From a bacterium (GTDB taxonomy: Bacteria > Patescibacteriota > Patescibacteriia > UBA1558 > S5-K13), in contig JAIOTH010000019.1 in NCBI GenBank assembly GCA_021106915.1, positions 1-39,734 of the forward strand: a stretch of 39,734 nt of DNA, read 5' to 3'. Under the pieces are notes generated by a model. That model made no database searches. It was given only the letters and a program-made list of their open reading frames with translations, and was not told where the DNA came from. Positions 25,786-34,820 of the stretch are shown in pieces. A program made the position numbers and the translations under genes. Within the stretch, counting starts at the first letter, position 1. Each line of letters starts with the position of its first letter.

Positions 25786-26033
25786 TCGTCATTCCGGGCT
25801 TGAGGGTCTGTCCCAGCGTTAGCGAGGGTATCCGGAATCTCAATTTCAATGTTTAGTGGTATTAGAGATCCTATCGTCATTCCGGGCTTGACCCGCCTGC
25901 CTGCCGGTAGGCAGGGAATCTCGAGATCCTGAACAGATTGAGATCCTGAGTCAAGCTCAGGATGACATTGTTCAGGATGACATGGTTCAGGAAGACACGG
26001 TTTCAAGCTCAGGATAACATGGTTCAGGATGAA
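25786..26033. repeat. Mosaic cluster of at least three GC-rich hairpin repeat families, including one element nested inside another
   Basis: gtcattccgggcttgaGGGTCTGTCCCAGCGTTAGCGAGGGTAtccggaatctc is followed by gtcattccgggcttgaccc[gcctgcctgccggtaggcag]ggaatctc. Then come gatcctgagtcaagctcaggatgaca and degenerate ggttcaggatgaca tandems. Confidence 0.9.
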
Positions 26034-26066
26034 ATTTTAACACAGTTTTTTAAATCAGAATTGACT

Positions 26067-27914
26067 ATGGATAAAAATATTCGTAACTTTTGCATAATTG
26101 CCCACATTGATCACGGAAAGTCCACTTTAGCGGATCGTTTTTTAGAATTGACAGGAACTATTTCAGAAAGAGATATGAAAGATCAAGTTTTAGACACCAT
26201 GGACTTAGAGAGAGAAAAAGGCATTACTATTAAATTACAGCCAATTAGGATGCAATATCAGGCTGCTAGTGGTGAGGATTATGTATTGAATCTTATTGAT
26301 ACTCCTGGTCATATGGATTTTGGTTACGAGGTTTCTCGATCAATTGCTTGTGTAGAAGGAGCTATATTGATTGTTGATGCCACTCAAGGTATTCAGGCTC
26401 AGACTTTAGTTAATTTAAGATTTGCTCAAGATCAGAATTTGAAAATTATTCCCGTGATGAATAAAATTGATTTACCAACCGCAGATACAGAAAAAGTTCG
26501 AAAAGAAATTATTACTTTATTACAATGTGAAAAAGATGATATTTTAGAAATCTCAGCTAAAACTGGTCAAGGAGTAGCAGAACTTTTAGAAGAAGTAGTT
26601 TCTAAATTTCCTAGTCCACCAGAAAATCAAGATCATAATTTAAATAGAGCTTTAATATTTGATTCTGTTTTTGATGAATATCAAGGAATTATTTCTTATG
26701 TGCGGGTTTTTGATGGATCTTTTAAAAGAGGAGACAAGATTAAATTTTTAGGCTCTAAAGCAGAAGATGAAATTTTAGAAGTGGGTTATTTTAGAATTAA
26801 AAGAGAAAAAACTGAGGAAATCAAGGCGGGAGATATTGCTTATATAATTACTGGTCAGAGAAATTTAGAAAGCGTTCGAGTGGGTGATACTATTTCTTTC
26901 CAAGGTCAAAATCCAGACCCTTTACCAGGTTATAAAGTAGTAAAACCAATGGTTTATGCTGGAATATATTCTCAAGGTGGTGATCGTTACGAAGAATTAA
27001 GAGAAGCAGTGGAGAAGATTAAATTAAATGATTCCTCAATTGAAGTTGCTAAAGAGTCTTCTCCAGTTTTTGGTTTTGGTTTTCGTTGTGGATTTTTAGG
27101 ATTATTGCATTTGGATATTTTTTTACAAAGATTAGAAAGGGAATTTGATTTAGATCTAGTAGTGACTATTCCTTCTGTAGCTTATAAAGCTTATATTAAA
27201 CAAGGTGGAGCAGAAAAATATGTTCAAGATAAAAGAATTAATATTTTAAAAGATGAAATGGGTAATTATGTAATTTTGACTAAGCCTTCAGAATTAGATT
27301 TACAATATGTAGAACATATTCAAGAGCCTATAGTAAAAATGGATATCATTACTCCAGCGGAATATATGGGATCAGTAATGGGTTTAGCGGACGAAAGAAG
27401 GGGTGTCTATCAGAATACAGAATATTTAGATAATGATTTAGTGGTTTTACAGTATGAAATTCCTCTTTCACCAATTTTAGTAGATTTTTATGATAAATTA
27501 AAGAGTGTTAGTCGGGGTTATGCTTCTTTGAATTATGAATTTTTAAAATATGACATAGTAGATGTTATTAAGTTAGATGTGCATATTGCAGAAGAACAAA
27601 TAGAAGCTTTATCAAGTTTTGTTTATCGAGATGAAGCTTATAGAGTTGGAAAATCAATAGTAGAAAAATTAAAAGAATCAATTCCGCGTCAACAATTTGT
27701 AGTTAAAATTCAAGCAGCTATTGGTGGTAAAATTATTGCTGCCGAAAGATTGAGTGCTTTACGAAAAGATGTCACTTCTAAATTATATGGTGGAGATGTT
27801 AGTCGAAAAAAGAAATTACTTCAAAAACAGAAAAAAGGTAAAAAAAGAATGCAAAGTACTGGAAAGGTTGCTTTGCCTCAAGATGTTTATTTGTCAGTTT
27901 TGAAAAGAGACTAG
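26067..27914 (+). CDS. lepA: Translation elongation factor 4 (LepA)
   Basis: IRNFCIIAHIDHGKSTLADR, DTPGHMDF and NKIDL are the GTPase motifs, and a LepA-specific C-terminal domain is present. I place the start at ATG 26067 (MDKNIRNF...). The ORF-track start at 25962 adds 35 codons read from the repeat cluster. Confidence 0.9.
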   Translation: MDKNIRNFCIIAHIDHGKSTLADRFLELTGTISERDMKDQVLDTMDLEREKGITIKLQPIRMQYQAASGEDYVLNLIDTPGHMDFGYEVSRSIACVEGAILIVDATQGIQAQTLVNLRFAQDQNLKIIPVMNKIDLPTADTEKVRKEIITLLQCEKDDILEISAKTGQGVAELLEEVVSKFPSPPENQDHNLNRALIFDSVFDEYQGIISYVRVFDGSFKRGDKIKFLGSKAEDEILEVGYFRIKREKTEEIKAGDIAYIITGQRNLESVRVGDTISFQGQNPDPLPGYKVVKPMVYAGIYSQGGDRYEELREAVEKIKLNDSSIEVAKESSPVFGFGFRCGFLGLLHLDIFLQRLEREFDLDLVVTIPSVAYKAYIKQGGAEKYVQDKRINILKDEMGNYVILTKPSELDLQYVEHIQEPIVKMDIITPAEYMGSVMGLADERRGVYQNTEYLDNDLVVLQYEIPLSPILVDFYDKLKSVSRGYASLNYEFLKYDIVDVIKLDVHIAEEQIEALSSFVYRDEAYRVGKSIVEKLKESIPRQQFVVKIQAAIGGKIIAAERLSALRKDVTSKLYGGDVSRKKKLLQKQKKGKKRMQSTGKVALPQDVYLSVLKRD

Positions 27915-28006
27915 CCTAATAAAGGAAGCATAGTCCAAGCAATTAAACTGATGATCATAAAAATAGCTAAAATTGTCCAAGTGATTTTTATAGCTTTTTT
28001 TTGCAT
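27911..28006 (-). CDS. Possible 31-aa hydrophobic peptide
   Basis: My own translation gives MQKKAIKITWTILAIFMIISLIAWTMLPLLG*, a single TM helix that overlaps the lepA stop codon. It is too short to judge. Confidence 0.25.
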   Translation of the reverse strand: MQKKAIKITWTILAIFMIISLIAWTMLPLLG

Positions 28007-28258
28007 TATTTTAATATATTATTAATTTTATTATTTTGGTACGACGTAATTGAATTTTATTTAGCCTAGGTGTATTATTTAAATATAAGATTTTTTGTAA
28101 AATAATTTTTTTACTCTAATTTGCTATTTTTGGTTGCAGGTTGTTTGGGTTTATTGTTTTATTCTACAGGCTATTCCTTATTTTTTATGATTTCCGCTCA
28201 AAAATATTTAAATTTCGTTACAAAAATTATTTCGCAAAAAATTTAATAATATTATATT

Positions 28259-28741
28259 ATGATGTATAAGTATTTTAACAAATATTTGGATAATAATGAA
28301 GTCATTTTAAAAGTAATTTATCAGGCTAAGTTTTTTTTATTTTTAAAATTATTTTTTCTGCTCTTAGTTTTTTTATTAGATTTTTTTTTAATGATTCCGA
28401 TTTTCAATTTAGGGAGGTGGGGAATTGTTTTCTTTTTTTTAATTTTATTATTTTGTGTATTTTCAGCTATTAGAATTTATCGTCAGTCTCTTTATAATGC
28501 TTTAGTAATTACAGATAATTATATTCATAGTTTTTATCATAATGGAATTCTAGATCGAGTGGTAGAGGAGTTTAAAATGGACAATATTCAAAAAATTGAA
28601 ATTATTTATTTAAATTGGTTTTTAAGTTTTCTGAAAATAGGAGATATTTCGATATTTTTAAAAAATGAAAATGAATTGATTTTTGAAAATATCACATCAC
28701 CTCAAAGGTTAAAGCGTTATATTCAGGAGTTGGTGATTTAG
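28259..28741 (+). CDS. Membrane protein with bacterial PH (bPH_2/YdbS-like) domain
   Basis: Two N-terminal TM helices are followed by a ~80-aa soluble domain (ALVITDNYIHSF...GDISIFLKNENELIFENITSPQRL) that matches the YdbS/YdbT layout. Confidence 0.5.
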   Translation: MMYKYFNKYLDNNEVILKVIYQAKFFLFLKLFFLLLVFLLDFFLMIPIFNLGRWGIVFFFLILLFCVFSAIRIYRQSLYNALVITDNYIHSFYHNGILDRVVEEFKMDNIQKIEIIYLNWFLSFLKIGDISIFLKNENELIFENITSPQRLKRYIQELVI

Positions 28742-28872
28742 GTAGAATACAAATTACGGGATACGAACAACGAATTACGAATAACGAATTACTGGATATG
28801 AATTACGGAGTACGGGCTCGGTATTTTTTTAATTAAATAGAGTAGGTATATCTTGAAACTGGCGAATATCGC

Positions 28873-28901
28873 TTGACAAGTTTCTTTTTTTGGTGTATAA
28901 T
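28873..28901 (+). promoter_or_regulatory. Consensus sigma70-type promoter (TTGACA-17-TATAAT)
   Basis: TTGACA at 28873-28878 is followed by a 17-nt spacer and TATAAT at 28896-28901. AGGAGG at 28923-28928 lies 5 nt before ATG 28934. Confidence 0.8.
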
Positions 28902-28933
28902 TTAATATTAAAATAAAAAAATAGGAGGATATT

Positions 28934-30337
28934 ATGAGTAAGAAAAAAAGTGGAACAACTGTGTTCCAAAAAATGGGGATTGTTATTATAATAATAATCT
29001 TGTTTGCTATGTATATGGCAGCCAATAATATGATGGATGGTAAAAAAACCATTTTTCATAAAATTGGTGCCATTTTTTCTGGGGAAAAAGTTCAAGAGGT
29101 AAAAGTCAAGGCTGATAGCCTTTTGACTGATGCTGAGAGAGCTCTTGCTGAAGCTAAGAAAAAAAGTTTTGGAGAAAAAATTAGAGAATGGAAAATTTGG
29201 AAGAAGTTAACATTTGAAGATTTTAGTATTTTGGCTTTTTTAGGAAAATTAGCCTATTTACTAGTTATCGTTTTATTGTTAATTTGGAGGAAAGATCTTA
29301 AGAAAAAGAAAAGAGTAATGATTATTATTATACTTTTAGCTTTAGGATTTATTTTTTCAAGCTTGGATAAGGAAAATCTTACTTTTGGTAGAATTATTAG
29401 CTTAGGAATTTTTTTCTTAGTTCTTAGTAGATTAAAAATTGTGCCTCCAAATGAAAATCATGTAGTTATTGATTTTTTTGGAGTTTTTGTTTTCTATTCA
29501 CTTAATCCAAAACAAGTTAATGGGAATAAAGATAAAAAAATAGGATTGAATTTTTATTTTAATTTTCCATGGCAAGTAGTGGTAATTGTTCCCACTGGAA
29601 ATTCTGAAATTGAAATTAAAGAAGGTAATTTTCTTGCTAAAGAAACAGTTCCTTTTATAGCCGATGTTTCAATAACAGGAAGTTTTACAAATCCTAAATT
29701 AGCAGCTCAGAAAGTTCAACGTAAATCAGATGGGACGCTAGATATTGAGACATGGAGAACAGATAAAATTTTAGAAACATCTAAAAAAGCTATTCTAACA
29801 GCTGTTAGTCGTCATAACATTCAACAAATAACGGAATCAGATCCGGGTGTTATTGTTGAAATGAAAACAATGGTTGATACGGCTTTGGGTGTTTATGGGT
29901 TTACCTCTCATGATAATGCTTTATCTAATTTTAAAGATAAAGATGGTAGTTCAGTAATATTTGATTTAGGTAGACCAACTGCTGAAATAGCAAAATTGAA
30001 AGCAGAAGAGGCTAGAATTAATCGAGAGGAAGGCGTTGGTGTCAAAGAACAAGACAAAAATAAGGCAATTTATACCAAAAAGAAAGAAGCTAACGAGAAA
30101 TATTTAGAAGCTTTAGGGGTTATTACTATTAATTCTAATGATCCAATAGCCATGACTTGGGGTAAGATTGCAGAAGCAATTGGTCAACCTTACGATAAGA
30201 TTGCTAGTGATAGTAATCTTAATGACATGATTAAAACTCTGGATGGTAAGGTTCAGATTTTTGCGGGACCAGATGGGGTTTTGAGTTTGAAGGCCATGAA
30301 AGAGTCATTGGCTGGAATTATGACTCCAAATCCTTAA
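28934..30337 (+). CDS. Multi-TM SPFH/band-7-like membrane protein
   Basis: Several N-terminal TM helices are followed by KIVPPNENHVVIDFFG, an SPFH-type start. The C-terminal region is coiled-coil-like (EIAKLKAEEARINRE). Confidence 0.5.
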   Translation: MSKKKSGTTVFQKMGIVIIIIILFAMYMAANNMMDGKKTIFHKIGAIFSGEKVQEVKVKADSLLTDAERALAEAKKKSFGEKIREWKIWKKLTFEDFSILAFLGKLAYLLVIVLLLIWRKDLKKKKRVMIIIILLALGFIFSSLDKENLTFGRIISLGIFFLVLSRLKIVPPNENHVVIDFFGVFVFYSLNPKQVNGNKDKKIGLNFYFNFPWQVVVIVPTGNSEIEIKEGNFLAKETVPFIADVSITGSFTNPKLAAQKVQRKSDGTLDIETWRTDKILETSKKAILTAVSRHNIQQITESDPGVIVEMKTMVDTALGVYGFTSHDNALSNFKDKDGSSVIFDLGRPTAEIAKLKAEEARINREEGVGVKEQDKNKAIYTKKKEANEKYLEALGVITINSNDPIAMTWGKIAEAIGQPYDKIASDSNLNDMIKTLDGKVQIFAGPDGVLSLKAMKESLAGIMTPNP

Positions 30338-30345
30338 TTACATTA

Positions 30346-30384
30346 AAGGAAGTTGTAAATATTTACAACTTCCTTCTTTTTTTT
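30346..30384 (+). terminator. Intrinsic terminator
   Basis: A perfect palindrome aaggaagttgtaaat|atttacaacttcctt is followed by cttttttttt. Confidence 0.85.
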
Positions 30385-30411
30385 GTTAAAAAGGAAATTT
30401 TTTAGTATAAT
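30383..30411 (+). promoter_or_regulatory. Promoter positioned for a leaderless divIC/ftsB transcript
   Basis: TTGTTA (30383-88) is followed by a 17-nt spacer and TATAAT (30406-11). After 6 nt (ataatt) comes ATG 30418. No SD is present. Confidence 0.6.
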
Positions 30412-30417
30412 ATAATT

Positions 30418-30807
30418 ATGACTAGAAATAATTCATTATTTTTTAGAATTTTATCTTCTAAACTTTTTTTTATTGTTTTTTTATTGATAGTAATTTATTT
30501 AGCTATCAATGTTTATGGTGAGTTTAAAAAAAGATCTCAAGTCAAAAAAGAAATTAGTGATTTACAAATGGAGATTAAAGATTTAGAAAAAGAAAATAGT
30601 GATTTATTAGGATTAATAGGATATTTTGAGACTGATGAATATGTAGAATCTTTTTCTCGAGAAAAATTAGGTTATAAAAAGCCAGGTGAAAAAATTATAA
30701 TTTTTACAGAAGATGATTCCGGAATTATAAATTATACGGAAGATGTAAAAAATGGTAAAATTAAAGTAGCTAATATTAAATTATGGTGGAATTATTTTTT
30801 TAAATAG
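30418..30807 (+). CDS. ftsB: Septum formation initiator (FtsB/DivIC family)
   Basis: A single TM helix is followed by a coiled coil (KKEISDLQMEIKDLEKENSDL). EYVESFSREKLGYKKPGEKIIIF is the family C-terminal motif. Confidence 0.8.
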   Translation: MTRNNSLFFRILSSKLFFIVFLLIVIYLAINVYGEFKKRSQVKKEISDLQMEIKDLEKENSDLLGLIGYFETDEYVESFSREKLGYKKPGEKIIIFTEDDSGIINYTEDVKNGKIKVANIKLWWNYFFK

Positions 30808-30870
30808 ACCTATCCAGAAATTCTTTCGTTACGAGAATTCTTATTTCTTAACGAAGCAAGGAAAATGATT

Positions 30871-30913
30871 AAAATACTTTATAATGTACTGGATGTACAT
30901 TATAAAGTATTTT
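30871..30913. repeat. Perfect 19-bp inverted repeat with 5-nt spacer
   Basis: The sequence is aaaatactttataatgtac-tggat-gtacattataaagtatttt. Each arm contains TATAAT. It lies in the divIC-ppiC spacer. Confidence 0.85.
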
Positions 30914-30989
30914 ATGAAATTTGACGAAGCTGTAGTTAGAAATAAAAATTTGGAGTAGAAATGAGCTTCCGGAGAGGTCTAATAAATAA

Positions 30990-31862
30990 ATGTTTAAGAA
31001 TAGAAAAAAAATATTTTTTGGATTAGCAATATTTATTTTAATACTTTTTTTATTAAGTACTTTGGATTTATATATTTCTAAAAAAGATATTTTTTGTACG
31101 AAATATTTAATTAGTGCTTTTCATTTGCCAATTGTCAAGGTTAATAATGAATTGATTAATTCCAGTGATTATTTTCAAGCTTGGAGAAATTATCGAAAGT
31201 CTTTTTTAAAGCCTTTAGGGAAGAATAATAAAAATTATAAATATTTAGTAATAGATACCATTATTAGGGAAAATTTATTAAAACAAATTGCTGATGACTT
31301 AGAGATAAATTGGCAGGATCAAGAGTTCGAGGACTTTAAGAAAAATTTTTATAGAAAGTATATTGGTGAAGAAAATTTTAATAATTTAAAAAGTGATACT
31401 AATTGGCAAGAAAGTTATTTTTGTCATTATGTTATTCGTCCTTTATTTTTAAGATTTAAGGTCGATGAAAAATTAATAGCTGATGAATTGAATCGAGAAA
31501 AAAAGAAAGAAATAGAAGAGATTTATGAAAAAATTATTGATCAACCAAATTTGTTCGATGAATATTCTCAGACTTATCAAGATCCAGATTTAATTTCTAC
31601 AGGAACAATTGGTTGGATTCCTTATCAAAATTTGCCAGATAATTTGAGAAATAAAATATTAAATTATCAAATAGGGGATTTTAGTCCAATTTTGAAAAGT
31701 TTATCAGGTTATCATATTTATAAGTTAACTGGTAAAATAAAAGATGAAAAGAATGGGGATTTTTATTATCAATTACGACAGATATTTTTGCCTATTAAAA
31801 ATTTTGAAAGTTATTTTCAGGGTTATATTCAAGAAAGTAATATTAAAGTTTATTTAAAATAA
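30990..31862 (+). CDS. Membrane-anchored parvulin-type peptidyl-prolyl isomerase (PrsA/SurA-like)
   Basis: An N-terminal TM helix is followed by the PpiC rotamase signature GTIGWIPYQNLPDNLRNKILNYQIGDFSPILKSLSGYHIYKL. Confidence 0.75.
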   Translation: MFKNRKKIFFGLAIFILILFLLSTLDLYISKKDIFCTKYLISAFHLPIVKVNNELINSSDYFQAWRNYRKSFLKPLGKNNKNYKYLVIDTIIRENLLKQIADDLEINWQDQEFEDFKKNFYRKYIGEENFNNLKSDTNWQESYFCHYVIRPLFLRFKVDEKLIADELNREKKKEIEEIYEKIIDQPNLFDEYSQTYQDPDLISTGTIGWIPYQNLPDNLRNKILNYQIGDFSPILKSLSGYHIYKLTGKIKDEKNGDFYYQLRQIFLPIKNFESYFQGYIQESNIKVYLK

Positions 31863-31873
31863 ATATAAAAATG

Positions 31874-32030
31874 ATGTCATTCTGAACCATGTCATCCTGA
31901 GCTTGACTCAGGATCTCAATTCATTCAGGATCTCAAAGATTCCGGATCAAGTCCGGAATGACAACAGGCATCGCTAACACTGGGGCAGACTCTCAAATCC
32001 GGAATGACAACATTATTTCAATCAAGCTCA
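31874..32030. repeat. Mosaic GC-rich hairpin repeat cluster
   Basis: It contains catgtcatcctgagcttgactcaggatctc, then attccggatcaagtccggaatgaca. The reverse copy of the GGGTCTG..CAGCGTTAGCG module follows (cgctaacactggggcagactctcaaatccggaatgaca). Confidence 0.85.
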
Positions 32031-32071
32031 TAATAATGTAAGTAAGTTTAGAATTAAAACAAAAATAAAAA

Positions 32072-32752
32072 ATGATTAATTTATCTAATGTCTCAAAATT
32101 TTATAAGCCTAATGTTTGGGCTCTTAATAAAGTTTCTTTAAATATTAATCCTGGAGAATTTGTTTCTATTGTTGGGCAAAGTGGAACTGGTAAAAGCACT
32201 TTAGCTAAGATTTTATTTGCCGAAGAAGCTCCTACGGAAGGTAAAGTAGAAATTGGTGGCTGGGATATAACTAATATAGGTTTAAGCGAAATTCCTTATT
32301 TAAGAAGGCAAATTGGTTTTGTTTTCCAGGATTTTAGATTATTGAAAAGGAAGAATATTTATGAAAATATTAGTTTTGCCATGGAAACTTGTGGAATTGA
32401 TTCAGAGCAGATAAATAAAGTTGTTCCTCAAATTTTAAAAATAGTTGGTTTGCAGAATAAAGTTGATCGTTATCCTCATCAATTATCTGGTGGAGAACAA
32501 CAGAGGACGGCTATTGCCCGAGCTTTGGTTCATCAACCGAAATTATTGATAGCTGATGAGCCTACGGGAAATTTAGATTCTATTAATTCTAGAGAGATTA
32601 TAGATTTACTATTAAGAATTAACAAATTAAACACCACAATAATTTTAGTCACTCATAATAGAGATGTAGTCAATAATTTAAATAAAAGAGTAGTGACTTT
32701 AGATGATGGAAAAATTATTAGTGATCAAAAAAATGGAAGATATATACTTTGA
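32072..32752 (+). CDS. ftsE: Cell-division ABC transporter ATP-binding protein FtsE
   Basis: It has Walker A GQSGTGKST, the signature LSGGEQQR and Walker B LLIADEP. It is followed by ftsX. Confidence 0.9.
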   Translation: MINLSNVSKFYKPNVWALNKVSLNINPGEFVSIVGQSGTGKSTLAKILFAEEAPTEGKVEIGGWDITNIGLSEIPYLRRQIGFVFQDFRLLKRKNIYENISFAMETCGIDSEQINKVVPQILKIVGLQNKVDRYPHQLSGGEQQRTAIARALVHQPKLLIADEPTGNLDSINSREIIDLLLRINKLNTTIILVTHNRDVVNNLNKRVVTLDDGKIISDQKNGRYIL

Positions 32753-32786
32753 TTTTTTTAGAAAATCAAAGGAATTATTAATTTTT

Positions 32787-32865
32787 TAATTTTAAATTTT
32801 AATTGAAGTCATTCACTTTTGACTGGGGGATTAAAAATTTATCATTAAATTAAAATTTAAAATTA
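32787..32865. repeat. 18-bp perfect AT-only inverted repeat with 43-nt loop in the ftsE-ftsX spacer
   Basis: taattttaaattttaatt (32787-32804) opposes aattaaaatttaaaatta (32848-32865). The loop holds a GC-richer gactggggga. Confidence 0.8.
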
Positions 32866-32886
32866 GGAATTTAAAATTTATATACT

Positions 32887-33816
32887 ATGTTTACAACATT
32901 TTTAAGAATTATAAAATTTGCAGGGCAGAGTTTTGCTCGAAATATTTGGTTATCAGTAATTAATATTACAATTTTAGTTTTGACTCTTTTAACAATTAAT
33001 TTTTTAATAATTTTTAATCTTTTAACTACTGGAGCAGTTGATATTATTAAAGATAAGGTAGATGTTAGTGTTTATTTTAAAGAAAATGTTGCTGATGAAC
33101 AAATTCAAGAAGTTCAGAGTAAGATTTTAGATTCTCTATACATTGATGATGTTCAATATATTTCACCAGAACAGGCTTTGAAGGATTTTAAGGCTAAACA
33201 TGAATCAGATCAGGATATTTTACAGGCCGTCACTGAGCTAGAAAGAGAAAAAGAGGCGGTTTTTTTACCTAGTATTAGAATTAAGGCTCAAAATATATCC
33301 TTATATGGGGATATTTTGAAGGAATTAAAAGAGAGTCAGTATAGTAATTTATTTGAAATAGACGAGGCTCAATTTCGAGATTATGCCACTATTACCGAAA
33401 AAATTAATACTATTTCTAATAGAGTGGAAATGGTTGGTTACATAGTATCTTTGATATTTTTAATTATTGCTTTTATGATGGTTTATAATACCATTAAAGT
33501 AGCTATTTATACTCATCAAGAAGAAATATCAATTATGAAATTAGTAGGAGCTACCAATAATTTTATTAAGAGTCCTTTTATAGTAGAAATAATTTTTTAT
33601 AATATTATTGCTTTGTTGATAGTTGTGATTTTATTTTATTTATCGATGTCATTTGTTCAACCAATGTTGAATAAATTATTTGCTGGTTATTCGGTTAGTG
33701 TTTTAGATTATTATAATTCAAAATTTTTATTAATATTTTTAGGACAATTTATTTTTACAGTTTTATTTTCAGTATCAACTAGTTTGATGGCTATGAAAAA
33801 ATATTTAAAAATATAG
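32887..33816 (+). CDS. ftsX: Cell-division permease-like protein FtsX
   Basis: TM1 is followed by a ~130-aa extracytoplasmic domain and three C-terminal TM helices. It lies downstream of ftsE. Confidence 0.85.
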   Translation: MFTTFLRIIKFAGQSFARNIWLSVINITILVLTLLTINFLIIFNLLTTGAVDIIKDKVDVSVYFKENVADEQIQEVQSKILDSLYIDDVQYISPEQALKDFKAKHESDQDILQAVTELEREKEAVFLPSIRIKAQNISLYGDILKELKESQYSNLFEIDEAQFRDYATITEKINTISNRVEMVGYIVSLIFLIIAFMMVYNTIKVAIYTHQEEISIMKLVGATNNFIKSPFIVEIIFYNIIALLIVVILFYLSMSFVQPMLNKLFAGYSVSVLDYYNSKFLLIFLGQFIFTVLFSVSTSLMAMKKYLKI

Positions 33817-33857
33817 TAACAATTTTTAAGCTGTAAAATAATTATATATTTTTAAAC

Positions 33858-33890
33858 AAAAAAATCGCTATTTTAATGTAGCGATTTTTA
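33858..33890. terminator. Bidirectional intrinsic terminator
   Basis: aaaaaaatcgcta-ttttaatg-tagcgattttta lies between the convergent ftsX and rpmA genes. Confidence 0.8.
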
Positions 33891-33911
33891 TATTGAGCTT
33901 ATTATCTAAGC

Positions 33912-34202
33912 CTAAGAAGTCTTTTTTTCTGTTTCAATACTAACAATATTTCTAGGTTTAAGTTTACCATCAAATCTTTTTACTTTTTTAGTAGAAAATT
34001 TAACTATTCCAGGTTTAGTTGATAACAAAGTATCATCACCGCCTCTTTTAACATTTAAACCAGGGTAATATTTAGTACCTCTTTGTCTGACTATTACTTG
34101 ACCTTGATTTATTCTTTGTCCATTTTGAGCTTTAATTCCAAGTCTTTTACCTTGAGAATCTCGACCCAGCGAGGTAGATCCACCAGCTTTTTTATGTGAC
34201 AT
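33912..34202 (-). CDS. rpmA: 50S ribosomal protein L27
   Basis: MSHKKAGGSTSLGRDSQGKRLGIKAQNGQRINQGQVIVRQRGTKYYPGLNV matches the L27 signature. Confidence 0.95.
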   Translation of the reverse strand: MSHKKAGGSTSLGRDSQGKRLGIKAQNGQRINQGQVIVRQRGTKYYPGLNVKRGGDDTLLSTKPGIVKFSTKKVKRFDGKLKPRNIVSIETEKKTS

Positions 34203-34242
34203 AAGTTTTATTTAATATTAAATAGCTCGTTTGAATGAGCCA

Positions 34243-34270
34243 TATAAATAAAAGTATAACAAGATTGGTA
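34243..34270 (-). promoter_or_regulatory. rpmA promoter (TTGACA-16-TGtTATACT, extended -10)
   Basis: The minus strand reads ttgaca-atattaccaatcttgt-tatact, about 40 nt upstream of ATG 34202. Confidence 0.6.
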
Positions 34271-34401
34271 ATATTGTCAATAGACTTCTTCGGAAATTCG
34301 TTTTTACTACAAATTCTTATTTATCACTACAGTTTCGTTAAATTTTATAAAATATTTTAATAATTTTTATTTATTATCAAAGATAAAGTGTTATTTTTTT
34401 G

Positions 34402-34430
34402 TTGACAAAAATGATAATAGTTTGTAAGTT
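34402..34430 (+). promoter_or_regulatory. Candidate promoter TTGACA-17-TAAGTT
   Basis: TTGACA lies at 34402-07 and TAAGTT at 34425-30. AAGGAGG at 34449-55 precedes ATG 34460. Confidence 0.4.
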
Positions 34431-34459
34431 TAGAATAAATAAATCATTAAGGAGGAATT

Positions 34460-34753
34460 ATGATTATGGTAATTATTTGTACAGGTATTTTTATAGAGAG
34501 CTTGATGATAATTTTAGCAGAAGCGAACGGTACAATGTATTCGGTGGATAAAAGATGGGAATTTATAGGTAAAATGATGTCAACAATCAAGGGAAATATA
34601 ATTACTAGTTTGATTGTTATGTTAATTATCTCAGGTATATTCTTTTTTTTCCGTCAAAATAAAGATGCTTTGATGCTTTATTATGGGTCATTAGCATTGT
34701 ATGTATTGGTAAAATTTTTTGTTATTTCTTTTGGTAGAACTTTTCGCATTTAA
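34460..34753 (+). CDS. Small membrane protein (97 aa), unknown function
   Basis: It has a strong SD (aaggagg, 4-nt spacer) and three hydrophobic helices. Confidence 0.55.
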   Translation: MIMVIICTGIFIESLMIILAEANGTMYSVDKRWEFIGKMMSTIKGNIITSLIVMLIISGIFFFFRQNKDALMLYYGSLALYVLVKFFVISFGRTFRI

Positions 34754-34820
34754 TTTATGACAAAGTTGTTTATTGAGAGTGTTTTATTTTTAGTATTAAA
34801 GTATCTAAGAGGAGGAAACA

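Noticed and set aside
25710-26066. The 98-aa ORF 25710..26006 (-), and the first 35 codons of the track's lepA ORF (from 25962).
   Set aside because: Both are encoded entirely by the GC-rich hairpin repeat cluster (peptides such as CHPEQCHPELDSGS and MTLFRMTWFRKTRF). LepA homology starts at MDKNIRNF (ATG 26067).
33912-34460. rpmA lacks the usual upstream rplU (L21) partner.
   Set aside because: Gene order varies, and rplU may be elsewhere in the genome. A plausible dedicated promoter (34243..34270) explains monocistronic expression. It cannot be assessed from one window.
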